From an uncultured Pelagibacteraceae bacterium (GTDB lineage Bacteria; Pseudomonadota; Alphaproteobacteria; Pelagibacterales; Pelagibacteraceae), in contig CACAWY010000005.1 of the NCBI GenBank assembly GCA_902536385.1, positions 21,991-85,990 of the forward strand: 64,000 bases of DNA, given 5' to 3'. Below are positions 18,550 through 27,944 of this stretch, in pieces (positions within the stretch are counted from its first letter, which is position 1; each line of letters begins with the position of its first letter). Below the pieces are notes generated by a model. That model saw only the letters and a list, made by a program, of their open reading frames with translations. It was not told the DNA's origin and did no database searches. Both the position numbers and the translations under genes were made by a program.

Positions 18550-19296
18550 ATGACATCAAATCAAAATATTTTAGTAAAATTAAATCAAGCTGGTTTCCGT
18601 TTAAAGAACAAATGGCTAGTTAAAGGAGTGTCACTACAAATTGAAAAGGGAAAAATAGTTACTCTTATTGGGCCAAATGGCTCTGGAAAAACTACAACTG
18701 CTAAAATTGCATTAGGAATTTATAAAAAAATTGATGGAGAAGTTGAAAAACATACAAATAAAGTTGGATACGTTCCTCAAAAAATTTCAATTGATTGGAC
18801 ATTGCCACTTAGAGTGAAGGATTTCATGGTATTGACTGAGAGTCTTAAAGATGAGGATATTAATGAAGCTCTATCATTAACTGGCGTTATACAACTTAAA
18901 AATAAAAATTTGGGTGATTTATCAGGTGGTGAATTTCAAAGAGTATTGATTGCAAGAGCAATTTCAAAAAAACCAGATTTATTGGTGCTTGATGAACCAG
19001 TACAAGGAGTAGATTTTACTGGTGAAATTGCTTTATACAAACTCATAAAGAAAATTACTGACGAATTGAATTGTGGAATTTTATTAATTTCACATGATTT
19101 ACATACAGTGATGAGTGCTACAGACCATGTTGTATGCTTAAACGGACACGTATGCTGTTCAGGGTCTCCAATGGATGTTGCAAAAAACAATGAATATAAA
19201 GCTTTGTTCGGTGAACAAGCTTCTCAAATATTATCAAGGTATGAACATAGACATGATCATATTCACACTAATGAAGGAGAAATAAAAAAAAATTAA
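18550..19296 (+). CDS. znuC: Zinc ABC transporter ATPase
   Basis: GPNGSGKTT, LSGGEFQR, LDEPVQGVD, CLNGHVCCSG, His-rich C-terminus. Confidence 0.93.
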   Translation: MTSNQNILVKLNQAGFRLKNKWLVKGVSLQIEKGKIVTLIGPNGSGKTTTAKIALGIYKKIDGEVEKHTNKVGYVPQKISIDWTLPLRVKDFMVLTESLKDEDINEALSLTGVIQLKNKNLGDLSGGEFQRVLIARAISKKPDLLVLDEPVQGVDFTGEIALYKLIKKITDELNCGILLISHDLHTVMSATDHVVCLNGHVCCSGSPMDVAKNNEYKALFGEQASQILSRYEHRHDHIHTNEGEIKKN

Positions 19297-20100
19297 ATGT
19301 TAGATGATTTTTTTATAAGAGCTTTAATAGCTGGACTTGGCATTGCGATTGTAACAGGGCCTCTTGGTTGTTTTGTTATTTGGAGAAGATTATCATATTT
19401 TGGTGACACTCTCGCACATTCAGCTTTGCTTGGAGTAACCTTAGCTTATACTTTAGAATTTAATATTGCTTTTTCAGTATTTATAATTTCATCTTTAATT
19501 GCATTAATTTTAATTCAGCTTCAAAAAAGAACTAATCTACCAGGAGATGCTTTATTAGGACTCTTAGCTCATTCATCTTTAGCAGTTGGACTTGTCGTCA
19601 TTGGTTTTTTAACATTCATTAGGTTCGATATAATGGGATTATTATTTGGAGATATTTTAGCTGTAACAGTTGACGACTTATTAATTATATGGATAGGAGG
19701 TCCACTAATTCTTCTTATTCTCAAATTAATTTGGAAACCTTTATTTGCATCAACGGTAAATTATGAATTAGCAGAAGCAGAAGGTTTAAATCCTGATAGA
19801 GCTAAAGCTATTTTCACTATTTTAATGGCCGGGATTATTGCTATTTCAATTAAAATGGTTGGATTATTGTTAATTACAGGAATGTTAATTATACCGGCTG
19901 CAATGGCTAGAAATATTTCTTCAAGTCCACAGAGTATGGTTATCTATTCTATACTTGGCGGTTTATTGTCAGTAGTTTTAGGTTTATTTACTTCATTAGA
20001 ATTTAATACATCCTCAGGTCCATCAATTATAGCAGCTTCCTTATTTTTATTTATACTTTCATTATTAAATATTAAACAATCGATTAAATTGAAAAATTAA
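19297..20100 (+). CDS. znuB: Zinc ABC transporter permease
   Basis: GPLGCFVIWRR.SYFGDTLAHSALLG, LLFGDILAV. Confidence 0.93.
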   Translation: MLDDFFIRALIAGLGIAIVTGPLGCFVIWRRLSYFGDTLAHSALLGVTLAYTLEFNIAFSVFIISSLIALILIQLQKRTNLPGDALLGLLAHSSLAVGLVVIGFLTFIRFDIMGLLFGDILAVTVDDLLIIWIGGPLILLILKLIWKPLFASTVNYELAEAEGLNPDRAKAIFTILMAGIIAISIKMVGLLLITGMLIIPAAMARNISSSPQSMVIYSILGGLLSVVLGLFTSLEFNTSSGPSIIAASLFLFILSLLNIKQSIKLKN

Positions 20101-20115
20101 TGAGAAACAAGTAAA

Positions 20116-20523
20116 ATGGGCAAAATGTATAAAGAAAACAACCTTTCAAAAAATCAACAAATTATTTTTGATTTAATTAATAAATCTTCAGAACCTTTAA
20201 AAGCATACACAATACTTTTTAGTGTTCAAAAGAAAGGAATTAAAGCTCCACCTCAAGTTTATCGAGCTTTAGATAAATTAGTTGAGACAGGAAAAATTCA
20301 TAAAATTGAAAGCAAAAATGCTTTTGTTGCATGTAGAAGTTCAGATTGTGAAATTTCAAAAGCAACAGCATTTTCGATTTGTGAAAGTTGTGAAATGGTC
20401 GATGAAATCAGTGATACTAAACTTTCAAAATATTTATCAGGCTTTAATCATAAAAAAGGAATGAAATTTAAAAGATTTAATTTAGAATTTTTTGGTATTT
20501 GCAAAAAGTGTAAAAAAGATTAG
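20116..20523 (+). CDS. zur: Zinc uptake regulator (Fur family)
   Basis: PLKAY, PPQVYRAL, HKIES.NAFVAC, CESC and CKKC; directly after znuCB. Confidence 0.85.
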   Translation: MGKMYKENNLSKNQQIIFDLINKSSEPLKAYTILFSVQKKGIKAPPQVYRALDKLVETGKIHKIESKNAFVACRSSDCEISKATAFSICESCEMVDEISDTKLSKYLSGFNHKKGMKFKRFNLEFFGICKKCKKD

Positions 20524-20608
20524 ATCTCCTCATAAATATTTCTGCGACAATACTCTCTTTTCATTAAAATTTTTTATAATTTAATATAATTGCAACGGAA
20601 GGATAATT

Positions 20609-21550
20609 ATGAAATTATTTAAAACATTATTAACTATAGTTTTTGTTTCAGCATTAAGTTTATCAACAAACGCAAAAGAAATAAAAATGGGTAAAGCTGA
20701 TTGGGATACCGGTTATTTCCAAGCAGAAGTTTATAAAAAAGCACTAGAGAAAATGGGTTATAAAGTTACTGGTCCAACTGTAATGAAACCACAGGTATTT
20801 TATGTTGCAGCAGCAGCAGGAGATATGGATCTTTGGGTAAATGGATGGTTTGGGAACCACGACTCTTATGTAAAAGAGGCAATGGGTAAAGTTAAACCTG
20901 TAGGTTATGTTGCAAAAAGTGGTGGCTTGCAAGGTTACCTAATTGACAAAAAAACTGCAGATAAATTTAATATTAAATCTGTAATGGATATAAAAAATCA
21001 TGCTAAGGAGTTTGACTCAAATGGCGATGGTAAAGCAGATATGGTTGCTTGTCATCCAGGATGGGGTTGCGAAAAAATTATATCAAGACATTTTGAAGAG
21101 CTTGGTCTAGGTGAATTTATTAATCCAATAAAAGCAGATTACTCAGCTGCTATGGCAGATATAATTTCAAGATATAAAAACGGTAAATCTGTTTTATTTT
21201 ATACTTGGACTCCGAACTGGACAGTTGGTACTTTAAAATTAGGTGAAGATGTAGTTTGGATCGAAGCTCCTTTTAGCGAAACTAAAGTGGTTAGCGTACC
21301 AAATGCAACAAAATCAAAACTTAATATGGGATTTGGTGTAAACGACATTAGACCAGCTGCAAATGTTGATTTTTTAAAAGCTAATCCAAAAGTAGAAAAG
21401 TTTTTAAAAAAAGCATCTATACCTTTAGCAGATATTGCTGCTCAGAACTTGAAGATGAACAAGGGTGAGAAAAGTGAAAAAGCAATAAAAAAACATGCTG
21501 AAGAATGGATCAAATCAAATCAAAAAACTTTTAATAGTTGGATAAATTAA
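20609..21550 (+). CDS. proX: Glycine betaine/proline-type ABC substrate-binding protein (ProX family), copy 1
   Basis: Signal peptide, QGYLIDKKTAD, FDSNGDGKAD..AC.PGWGC, YTWTPNW. Confidence 0.82.
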   Translation: MKLFKTLLTIVFVSALSLSTNAKEIKMGKADWDTGYFQAEVYKKALEKMGYKVTGPTVMKPQVFYVAAAAGDMDLWVNGWFGNHDSYVKEAMGKVKPVGYVAKSGGLQGYLIDKKTADKFNIKSVMDIKNHAKEFDSNGDGKADMVACHPGWGCEKIISRHFEELGLGEFINPIKADYSAAMADIISRYKNGKSVLFYTWTPNWTVGTLKLGEDVVWIEAPFSETKVVSVPNATKSKLNMGFGVNDIRPAANVDFLKANPKVEKFLKKASIPLADIAAQNLKMNKGEKSEKAIKKHAEEWIKSNQKTFNSWIN

Positions 21551-21572
21551 GAATAAATTAGCAAATAAGAAA

Positions 21573-21596
21573 ATATGCGCACGAGAGTGCGCATAT
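21573..21596 (+). terminator. GNRA-capped 10-bp hairpin between the two proX copies (terminator or mRNA-stabilising stem)
   Basis: ATATGCGCAC-GAGA-GTGCGCATAT; no immediate U-tract. Confidence 0.45.
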
Positions 21597-21679
21597 AAGA
21601 CATATCTCACTTTTTAGTTGTATTACGGTTACATTAATAATTTATACGTGTTAAAATTTTTTTAAATTTAGGAGGGAAG

Positions 21680-22621
21680 ATGAGATATTTAAAACATTTA
21701 GTATCAATAATTGCAGCTCTTACTATTAGTAGTGCTGTGTTTGCCAATGAGATCAAGATGGGTAAGGCTGACTGGGATACAGGTTATTTCCAGGCTGAGA
21801 TCTATAAGGCGGCTCTTGAGAAAATGGGTTACAAAGTTTCAGGCCCAACTGTAATGAAACCTCAAGTGTTTTATGTAGCGGCAACATCAGGTGATGTTGA
21901 TTTATGGGTGAACGGTTGGTTCGGAACTCACGATGGTTACATATCAGAGTCTAAAGGAAAAGTTAAACCAGTTGGTTATGTAATGAAGGGTGGAGGAGCC
22001 CAAGGTTATCTAATTGATAAAAAATCAGCAGATAAATTTGGTATCAAGAGCGTAATGGATATCAAAAAACATGCAAAAGAGTTTGACTCTAATGGAGATG
22101 GAAAAGCGGATATGGTTGCTTGTCCTCCAGGTTGGGGCTGTGAAAAACAAATCACAAAACATTTTGCAGAACTTGGTTTAGGAGATTTTATAAATCCAAT
22201 TCAAGCCGACTATTCGGCATCAATGGCTGATGCTGTTTCAAAATATAAAAATGGTAAATCTATACTATTTTATACTTGGACACCTAACTGGACCGTAGGA
22301 GCTTTAAAACTCGGCAAAGATGTTGTTTGGATAGAAGTTCCTTACAGTAAAACAAAGCCAACTAAGATTGCTAACGCGACTAAGTCTAAAGTAAATTTAG
22401 GTTTTGGTGCTGATGATATAAGACCAGCAGCTAATGTAGATTTTCTTAAAGCAAATCCAAAAGTAGAAAAGATGCTTAAAAAAGCTTCCATACCTCTTGG
22501 AGATATAGCTGCTCAGAACTTGAAAATGAACAAGGGTGAGAAAAGCGAAAAGGCTATTAAGAAACACGCGGCTGAATGGATTAAAGCTAATCAAAGTACA
22601 TTTGATAGTTGGATCAAGTAA
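21680..22621 (+). CDS. proX: Glycine betaine/proline-type ABC substrate-binding protein (ProX family), copy 2
   Basis: Same length and motifs as copy 1; strong RBS GGAGGG. Confidence 0.82.
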   Translation: MRYLKHLVSIIAALTISSAVFANEIKMGKADWDTGYFQAEIYKAALEKMGYKVSGPTVMKPQVFYVAATSGDVDLWVNGWFGTHDGYISESKGKVKPVGYVMKGGGAQGYLIDKKSADKFGIKSVMDIKKHAKEFDSNGDGKADMVACPPGWGCEKQITKHFAELGLGDFINPIQADYSASMADAVSKYKNGKSILFYTWTPNWTVGALKLGKDVVWIEVPYSKTKPTKIANATKSKVNLGFGADDIRPAANVDFLKANPKVEKMLKKASIPLGDIAAQNLKMNKGEKSEKAIKKHAAEWIKANQSTFDSWIK

Positions 22622-22639
22622 AGGTTCAGGTTAATTTTA

Positions 22640-23491
22640 ATGAGTTTAAAATTAGCCCCATCAGATTACGAAATATACATTCCAATAGGTGAATGGATAG
22701 AAGGAAATATTAAAGAGTGGCTATTTGAACAAAGGCCACTCTTTAAAAAAATTTCAGCCCCAATAGATACAGTTTTAAATAGTTTAGAAACACTTTTTAA
22801 TTTTGTTCCATTTCCAATAATACTTCTAATCTTTGTGGTGCTTGCATATAAAACAAATGGATTTAAATTTGCTATATTTGCCTTTCTAAGCTTGCTTTTT
22901 ATAGATTTGGTAGATTTGTGGGCAGAGAGTATGACAACATTAGCTATGATATTTACTGCAGTCATATTTTGTATGATTATCGGGATTCCTCTTGGAATTC
23001 TTGCCTCCCGAAGTAATACTTTTGAAATTATCTTGCGTCCTATTTTAGATATAATGCAAACTATACCAAGTTTTGTTTATTTAATACCAGTAGTCATGTT
23101 ATTTGGAGTTGGTCTTACTCCGGGTGTTGTTGCTACTATTATATTCGCACTACCACCAATAATTAGGTTAACAAATTTGGGAATAAGACAAGTAGGGAAA
23201 GGATTTAAAGAAGCTGGTTCTAGTTTAGGATTAACAAAATTTTTAATTCTTATAAAAATTGAAATTCCACTATCGTTAAAAACTATAATGGCTGGAGTAA
23301 ATCAAACACTGATGCTTGCTTTATCTATGGTAGTTATTGCCGCTCTAATAGGTGCAGGTGGGCTCGGATTGACTGTATATATAGCTTTAGGAAGACTTGA
23401 CGTTGGTTCTGCAGTCATTGGTGGCACAGGAATTGTAATTTTAGCAATTATTTTAGACCGAATTACACAAAAAATTATTAAATCACACTAA
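22640..23491 (+). CDS. proW: Glycine betaine/proline ABC permease
   Basis: RPILDIMQTIPSFVYLIP, PPIIRLTNLGIRQV, GVNQTLMLALSMVVIAALIGAGGLG. Confidence 0.88.
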   Translation: MSLKLAPSDYEIYIPIGEWIEGNIKEWLFEQRPLFKKISAPIDTVLNSLETLFNFVPFPIILLIFVVLAYKTNGFKFAIFAFLSLLFIDLVDLWAESMTTLAMIFTAVIFCMIIGIPLGILASRSNTFEIILRPILDIMQTIPSFVYLIPVVMLFGVGLTPGVVATIIFALPPIIRLTNLGIRQVGKGFKEAGSSLGLTKFLILIKIEIPLSLKTIMAGVNQTLMLALSMVVIAALIGAGGLGLTVYIALGRLDVGSAVIGGTGIVILAIILDRITQKIIKSH

Positions 23492-24391
23492 AGATTTTAA
23501 TTTTTCAATATGTTTTGGAGTAATTTCACAACATCCTCCAATAATCTTAGCTCCCTTTCTCTGTAATTTTTTTGAAATTTCTAAAAATTTTTTAGGTGTT
23601 AGATCTTTTCTTTTTCCAAGCTGAACTTTAGGATTATTTGAATCTGGTTTCCAACCAGGCGGGATATGCTCAAAAGCATTGATTTTAAATCCAAATGGAA
23701 CTTTAAGTTTTTTTGCGTCTTTCATAATTCCATTTAAATCCTCAACTGAAACACAAGAGGCTATAATCCCTATAGGTTTATATTTTTGAACTTTTTTTGC
23801 TACAGCAATAAATTTTTCCCCTGAAGGTAATAATCCATTACCTCTAATATGGATACCAACTAAGCATTTTTTTTTGTATTCTTTGATTGCATTTAAACCA
23901 ATTGAACACTCTTTCCAGCTACTCATTACATCTAAATAAAAAAAATCTATAAATGGATTTAAATGCTTTGCTTGTGATTTAAAACTTTCTTTTATAAAAT
24001 TAAGATCTTTACCAAGATCAGCAAAGTAAGTGAAATTCTGGGGGGGAAGGCTCCCAGCTATCAAAACTTTCTTTTTAGATCTAGCTACAGCTTTTTTTGC
24101 TAACTTACCTGCTAATATATTAAGATTTTTATATTCTTTTAATAAACCATTTTCGATAAGTCTTCTTTTCCTACTACCAAAGGTGTTGGTTACTATTACT
24201 TCTGCTCCTGCTTTTATAAAATCTAAATGGGTTTTAACAACAGTTTTATGGTATTTTTGATCATATAATGCGGAGGCTCCCCACAAAGATCCGTAAGGTT
24301 TCACGCCTCTATTAAGGAGTTCCTGTCCCATCCCACCGTCTAAAATTCTTGTTTTTTGAAAAAAATGATTATCCAAAAATTTCAATTCCAA
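23483..24391 (-). CDS. Homocysteine S-methyltransferase family protein (MmuM/BHMT-like, Zn-dependent)
   Basis: ILDGGMGQEL, GA.VI.TNTF, AGSLPP, SC, IIGGCCE.TPKHI; exact start uncertain. Confidence 0.85.
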   Translation of the reverse strand: MELKFLDNHFFQKTRILDGGMGQELLNRGVKPYGSLWGASALYDQKYHKTVVKTHLDFIKAGAEVIVTNTFGSRKRRLIENGLLKEYKNLNILAGKLAKKAVARSKKKVLIAGSLPPQNFTYFADLGKDLNFIKESFKSQAKHLNPFIDFFYLDVMSSWKECSIGLNAIKEYKKKCLVGIHIRGNGLLPSGEKFIAVAKKVQKYKPIGIIASCVSVEDLNGIMKDAKKLKVPFGFKINAFEHIPPGWKPDSNNPKVQLGKRKDLTPKKFLEISKKLQRKGAKIIGGCCEITPKHIEKLKSLV

Positions 24392-24554
24392 AAAAAGTAG
24401 ATAAAAGAATTACAATCGCAAATATTGCAAACCACATAAACCATTGGGATGCCACTTTAATCAAAGAACCTTTATCTATTCCTTTCCAAGGCATGAATGT
24501 GTATGTAGCCAGCGTAACTAAAATAAAAAATAAAAGTAAATTAGTTAAAGTCAT
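24369..24554 (-). CDS. Small two-TM membrane protein, hypothetical
   Basis: ATG directly after the prpC stop; two hydrophobic helices around YTFMPWKG. Confidence 0.6.
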   Translation of the reverse strand: MTLTNLLLFFILVTLATYTFMPWKGIDKGSLIKVASQWFMWFAIFAIVILLSTFFGIEIFG

Positions 24555-25679
24555 TTATCTCTGATTCAACAGCATTACTTCTCTTACTTCAGCACCCCTA
24601 TATTTAGATAAAGGTCTAATAAGTTTGTTTGATGCATGTTGCTCCATTATGTGTGCAGACCAACCTGTGATACGTGACATAACAAATATTGGTGTATAGA
24701 AATCTATATCAATTCCCATCATGTAATAAGTTGGACCACAAGGAAAATCTACATTTGGATGAATATTTTTTCTGTCTAACATTACTTTTTCTAAAATTTC
24801 ATACATTCTAGTATACTTTTCCTTTTGCAAAAGTTTAGCTACTTTAAACATGTAGTGTTTCATTGTTGGAACTCTAGAGTCTCCAGTTCTATAAACTCTG
24901 TGACCAAATCCCATTACTACTTTTTTTTTGTTCAATGCATTTTCTATCCAAGCTTTTGCTTTTTCTGGTTTTCCTATTTCTTTCATCATATGCATCACAG
25001 CTTCATTTGCTCCACCGTGAAGTGGACCTTTCAGAGAAGCAATAGCCCCAGTTATTGCGCCATGGAGATCAGATAAACTTGAAGTTATTGTTCTTGCAGT
25101 AAAAGTTGATACGTTAAAACTGTGCTCTGCATACAATATTAAAGAAATATCGAATGCTCTTACTATTTCTTTATCAGGGACTTTGTTGAACATCATTTTA
25201 AAGAAATTTTCTGAGAAAGATAAATTTTTACTCGGTGCAATTATTGATTTGCCTTTTCTAGTTCTAAAATAAGCAGCAACTGCTGTAGGAGTTTTTGCAA
25301 ATATTCTCATTGCTTTTCTCATATTTGCTTTTGGAGAATTATCTTTTGTATCTTTATCTTCTAATGCCATTAAACTTACGCAGGTTCTAATAACATCCAT
25401 GGGATGTGCGTTACGTGGCATTTTTTTTATATCGTTTAATATTTGTTTAGAAAGTTTTCTCTCTGATCTTTCTTGTTTTATAAATTTCTTTAATTGATTT
25501 TTGTTTGGCAAATCTCCATTTAAAACTAGGTAAGCTACTTCCTCAAAGTCGCATTTATCACAAAGTTCTTGAACAGTATAACCCCTATAAGTCAGCGCGC
25601 TTAGTTCTGGAACCACATGAGAAATAGTCGTTTCATCAACAACAATTCCTAATAAACCTTTTTTTATTTCTTCACTCAT
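24555..25679 (-). CDS. prpC: 2-methylcitrate synthase / citrate synthase
   Basis: LTYRGY, YAEHSFN.STF, GPLHGGANEAV, GFGHRVY, PNVDF; adjacent to prpB. Confidence 0.85.
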   Translation of the reverse strand: MSEEIKKGLLGIVVDETTISHVVPELSALTYRGYTVQELCDKCDFEEVAYLVLNGDLPNKNQLKKFIKQERSERKLSKQILNDIKKMPRNAHPMDVIRTCVSLMALEDKDTKDNSPKANMRKAMRIFAKTPTAVAAYFRTRKGKSIIAPSKNLSFSENFFKMMFNKVPDKEIVRAFDISLILYAEHSFNVSTFTARTITSSLSDLHGAITGAIASLKGPLHGGANEAVMHMMKEIGKPEKAKAWIENALNKKKVVMGFGHRVYRTGDSRVPTMKHYMFKVAKLLQKEKYTRMYEILEKVMLDRKNIHPNVDFPCGPTYYMMGIDIDFYTPIFVMSRITGWSAHIMEQHASNKLIRPLSKYRGAEVREVMLLNQR

Positions 25680-26575
25680 TAATCGTGTCCTTCAGTAGAA
25701 AAATCAGTAATTTTTTTATCTGGCGTATTGTATTTCTCATATTCTACTAACTCGTACAACCTTTTTCTAGTCTGCATTTTGTCAATTATATTGTTTTGAT
25801 GTCCATCGTTAAATATTGATTTTAGACCCATTTCTACATTTTGCATTGCTAGTCTTTGGGTGCTTACTGGATAAATAACAATATTGTAACCTAAACTTTC
25901 TAATTGTTTTTTTTCTAATAGTTTAGATTTTCCAAATTCAGTCATGTTTGCAAGTAAATAACCTTTCGCCACTTTTCTTACTTTTTCAAATTCAGTCTCA
26001 TCTTTCATTGCTTCAGGAAAGATCATATCAGCCCCTGCATCCTCATAAGCTTTTACTCTATCTAACGTTTTATCTATACCTTCAACAGAATTGGCATCTG
26101 TTCTTGCAATTATTAAAAAGTTTTTATCTTTTCTAGCATTAACTGACTCTTTAATTTTTTTTACCATTTCTTCTTTGGACACAAGCTCTTTGTTATCTAA
26201 GTGGCCACATCTTTTTTCAGATATTTGATCTTCTAAATGACATCCAGCTAAACCTTTACTTTCAAAAACTTGAATTGTTTTTGTACAATTTCCAAAACCT
26301 GTATCAATATCAACTATTGTAGGAAGATCAGTTACTCTAGCTATTTGCCCACTTCTATAACTTACTTGGTCTAATGTCGTTAGACCGATGTCAGGTAAAC
26401 CAAGATCATTAGACATAACTCCACCTGAAACATAAACTCCCTCAAAACCAATTTCAGCAATTAGCTTAGCACATAACGGATTGTATGCTCCTGGAAACCT
26501 TAATATTTTTTTTGATTTTAAACTTTTGATTAAATTTAATCGTTTCTCCGATACTGTTTTTTTAGTAAAATGCAT
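25679..26575 (-). CDS. prpB: Methylisocitrate lyase
   Basis: GLPDIG, DIDTGFG, LEDQ...KRCGHL, ARTDA, LANMTEFGK, MQTR..LY. Confidence 0.9.
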   Translation of the reverse strand: MHFTKKTVSEKRLNLIKSLKSKKILRFPGAYNPLCAKLIAEIGFEGVYVSGGVMSNDLGLPDIGLTTLDQVSYRSGQIARVTDLPTIVDIDTGFGNCTKTIQVFESKGLAGCHLEDQISEKRCGHLDNKELVSKEEMVKKIKESVNARKDKNFLIIARTDANSVEGIDKTLDRVKAYEDAGADMIFPEAMKDETEFEKVRKVAKGYLLANMTEFGKSKLLEKKQLESLGYNIVIYPVSTQRLAMQNVEMGLKSIFNDGHQNNIIDKMQTRKRLYELVEYEKYNTPDKKITDFSTEGHD

Positions 26576-26616
26576 CCGAGCAGATTTATATTAGAGCGGG
26601 ATATAAAAATCAAAGA

Positions 26617-27216
26617 TTATTTAAACAATATAAATAAACCAGTCAAAACTAATAAAACTGCAAGTAAATATTCAATATTTTTTTTTATTTTTACATTTGT
26701 AATAAATTTTCTTAAACCACTCCCAAATAGAGCCCATAAACTTATTGTTGGAAAACATATTATAGCAGCAGTAATTGTTACAAATGCTACACCAATAAAA
26801 ATGTTTTCTTCTGTTGGAAAAAAACCTGAAGCTACCGTTAAAGCTATAGACCAAGCTTTAGGATTTATAAATTGAAACATAGAAGCCTCATAAAACCTCA
26901 ATGGTCTACCGGTTTCTTTTTGAGTAACGCTAAATGAACCAATCATTTTCCATCCTAAATAAACTAAATAAGCAAAACATAAAATTTTCATAAAAAATTG
27001 AACTTGCGGGTAAATCAAAAATAAATTAGCTAAACCAAAACAAGTTAATCCTATTTGAAAAATATGACCTAGTGGTATTCCAATTAAATGAGGAAGAGTT
27101 CTAATAAATCCAAACTTCATTCCTGATGCAGTTAACATTGCATTATTAGGACCAGGGGTAAAAAACATCGTAAAATAAAAAGCAGATAAAGCAGTAAATA
27201 AAGCAAAAGATATCAT
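26617..27216 (-). CDS. LysE/RhtB family amino-acid exporter
   Basis: TPGPNN.ML..SG..FG, FQFINPKAW. Confidence 0.88.
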   Translation of the reverse strand: MISFALFTALSAFYFTMFFTPGPNNAMLTASGMKFGFIRTLPHLIGIPLGHIFQIGLTCFGLANLFLIYPQVQFFMKILCFAYLVYLGWKMIGSFSVTQKETGRPLRFYEASMFQFINPKAWSIALTVASGFFPTEENIFIGVAFVTITAAIICFPTISLWALFGSGLRKFITNVKIKKNIEYLLAVLLVLTGLFILFK

Positions 27217-27875
27217 AAATATTTTTCAATAATTTTTTTAAAATTAATGAAGTCATTAATTAATTCATCATGTTTTATTTCTTTTTCAGATTTTTCTGTG
27301 TATCCGTCTTTAACTAAAACAAAAGGTAATTTTGCATTATAAGCTGAGTTCGAGTCAACCTCACTATCGCCTACCATGATAGTTTTACTTAAATCTCCGC
27401 CAATAATTTCAATTACATTGGTAAGATGCCTTGGATCTGGTTTATTAAATTCAAAAGTATCGGCTCCAGCAACATATTCAAAATATTTGTACATATTTAT
27501 TTTTTTTAGAAGATCGACAGCTAAAACTTCTCTTTTATTTGTGCATACTGCCATAGATATATTTTTGGATTTAGCCCAATCTAAAAATTCAAAAATGCCT
27601 TTAATTGGTTTGCTTTCATTATTAATATTTTTTGAATAGAAATCTATGAATTCATCAACCATTTTCTTTTTAGTTTTTTCATCAGTAATTTTATTTTTAA
27701 ATGACCTTTGCATCATCACCCAAGCACCTCTACCAGCCAAAGACTTTATGTCAGATAATTGCTTTGGATTATGACCGTATTTTTTCATTACATAATTATG
27801 TGCTTCAATTAAATCAGGTGCTGTATCAACTAATGTCCCGTCTAAATCGAATAGAATTGTATAAATTTGACTCAT
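27213..27875 (-). CDS. gph: Phosphoglycolate phosphatase (HAD-IA)
   Basis: [29 protein letters not shown]. Confidence 0.82.
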   Translation of the reverse strand: MSQIYTILFDLDGTLVDTAPDLIEAHNYVMKKYGHNPKQLSDIKSLAGRGAWVMMQRSFKNKITDEKTKKKMVDEFIDFYSKNINNESKPIKGIFEFLDWAKSKNISMAVCTNKREVLAVDLLKKINMYKYFEYVAGADTFEFNKPDPRHLTNVIEIIGGDLSKTIMVGDSEVDSNSAYNAKLPFVLVKDGYTEKSEKEIKHDELINDFINFKKIIEKYL

Positions 27876-27944
27876 TTTAAAAGTATTAAAAAGAAATATT
27901 TTGTGACTTATTTCAGTTACATTATTAATGTAAAGAAATTTTTA

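Noticed and set aside
20524-21679. SAM-V or other riboswitch upstream of the proX genes
   Set aside because: No recognisable SAM-II/SAM-V or glycine aptamer consensus seen by eye; an Infernal search would be needed to exclude one.
27867-27944. Upstream TTG extension of glmU as a remnant of the missing domain
   Set aside because: It overlaps the divergent gph start and shows no uridyltransferase motif.
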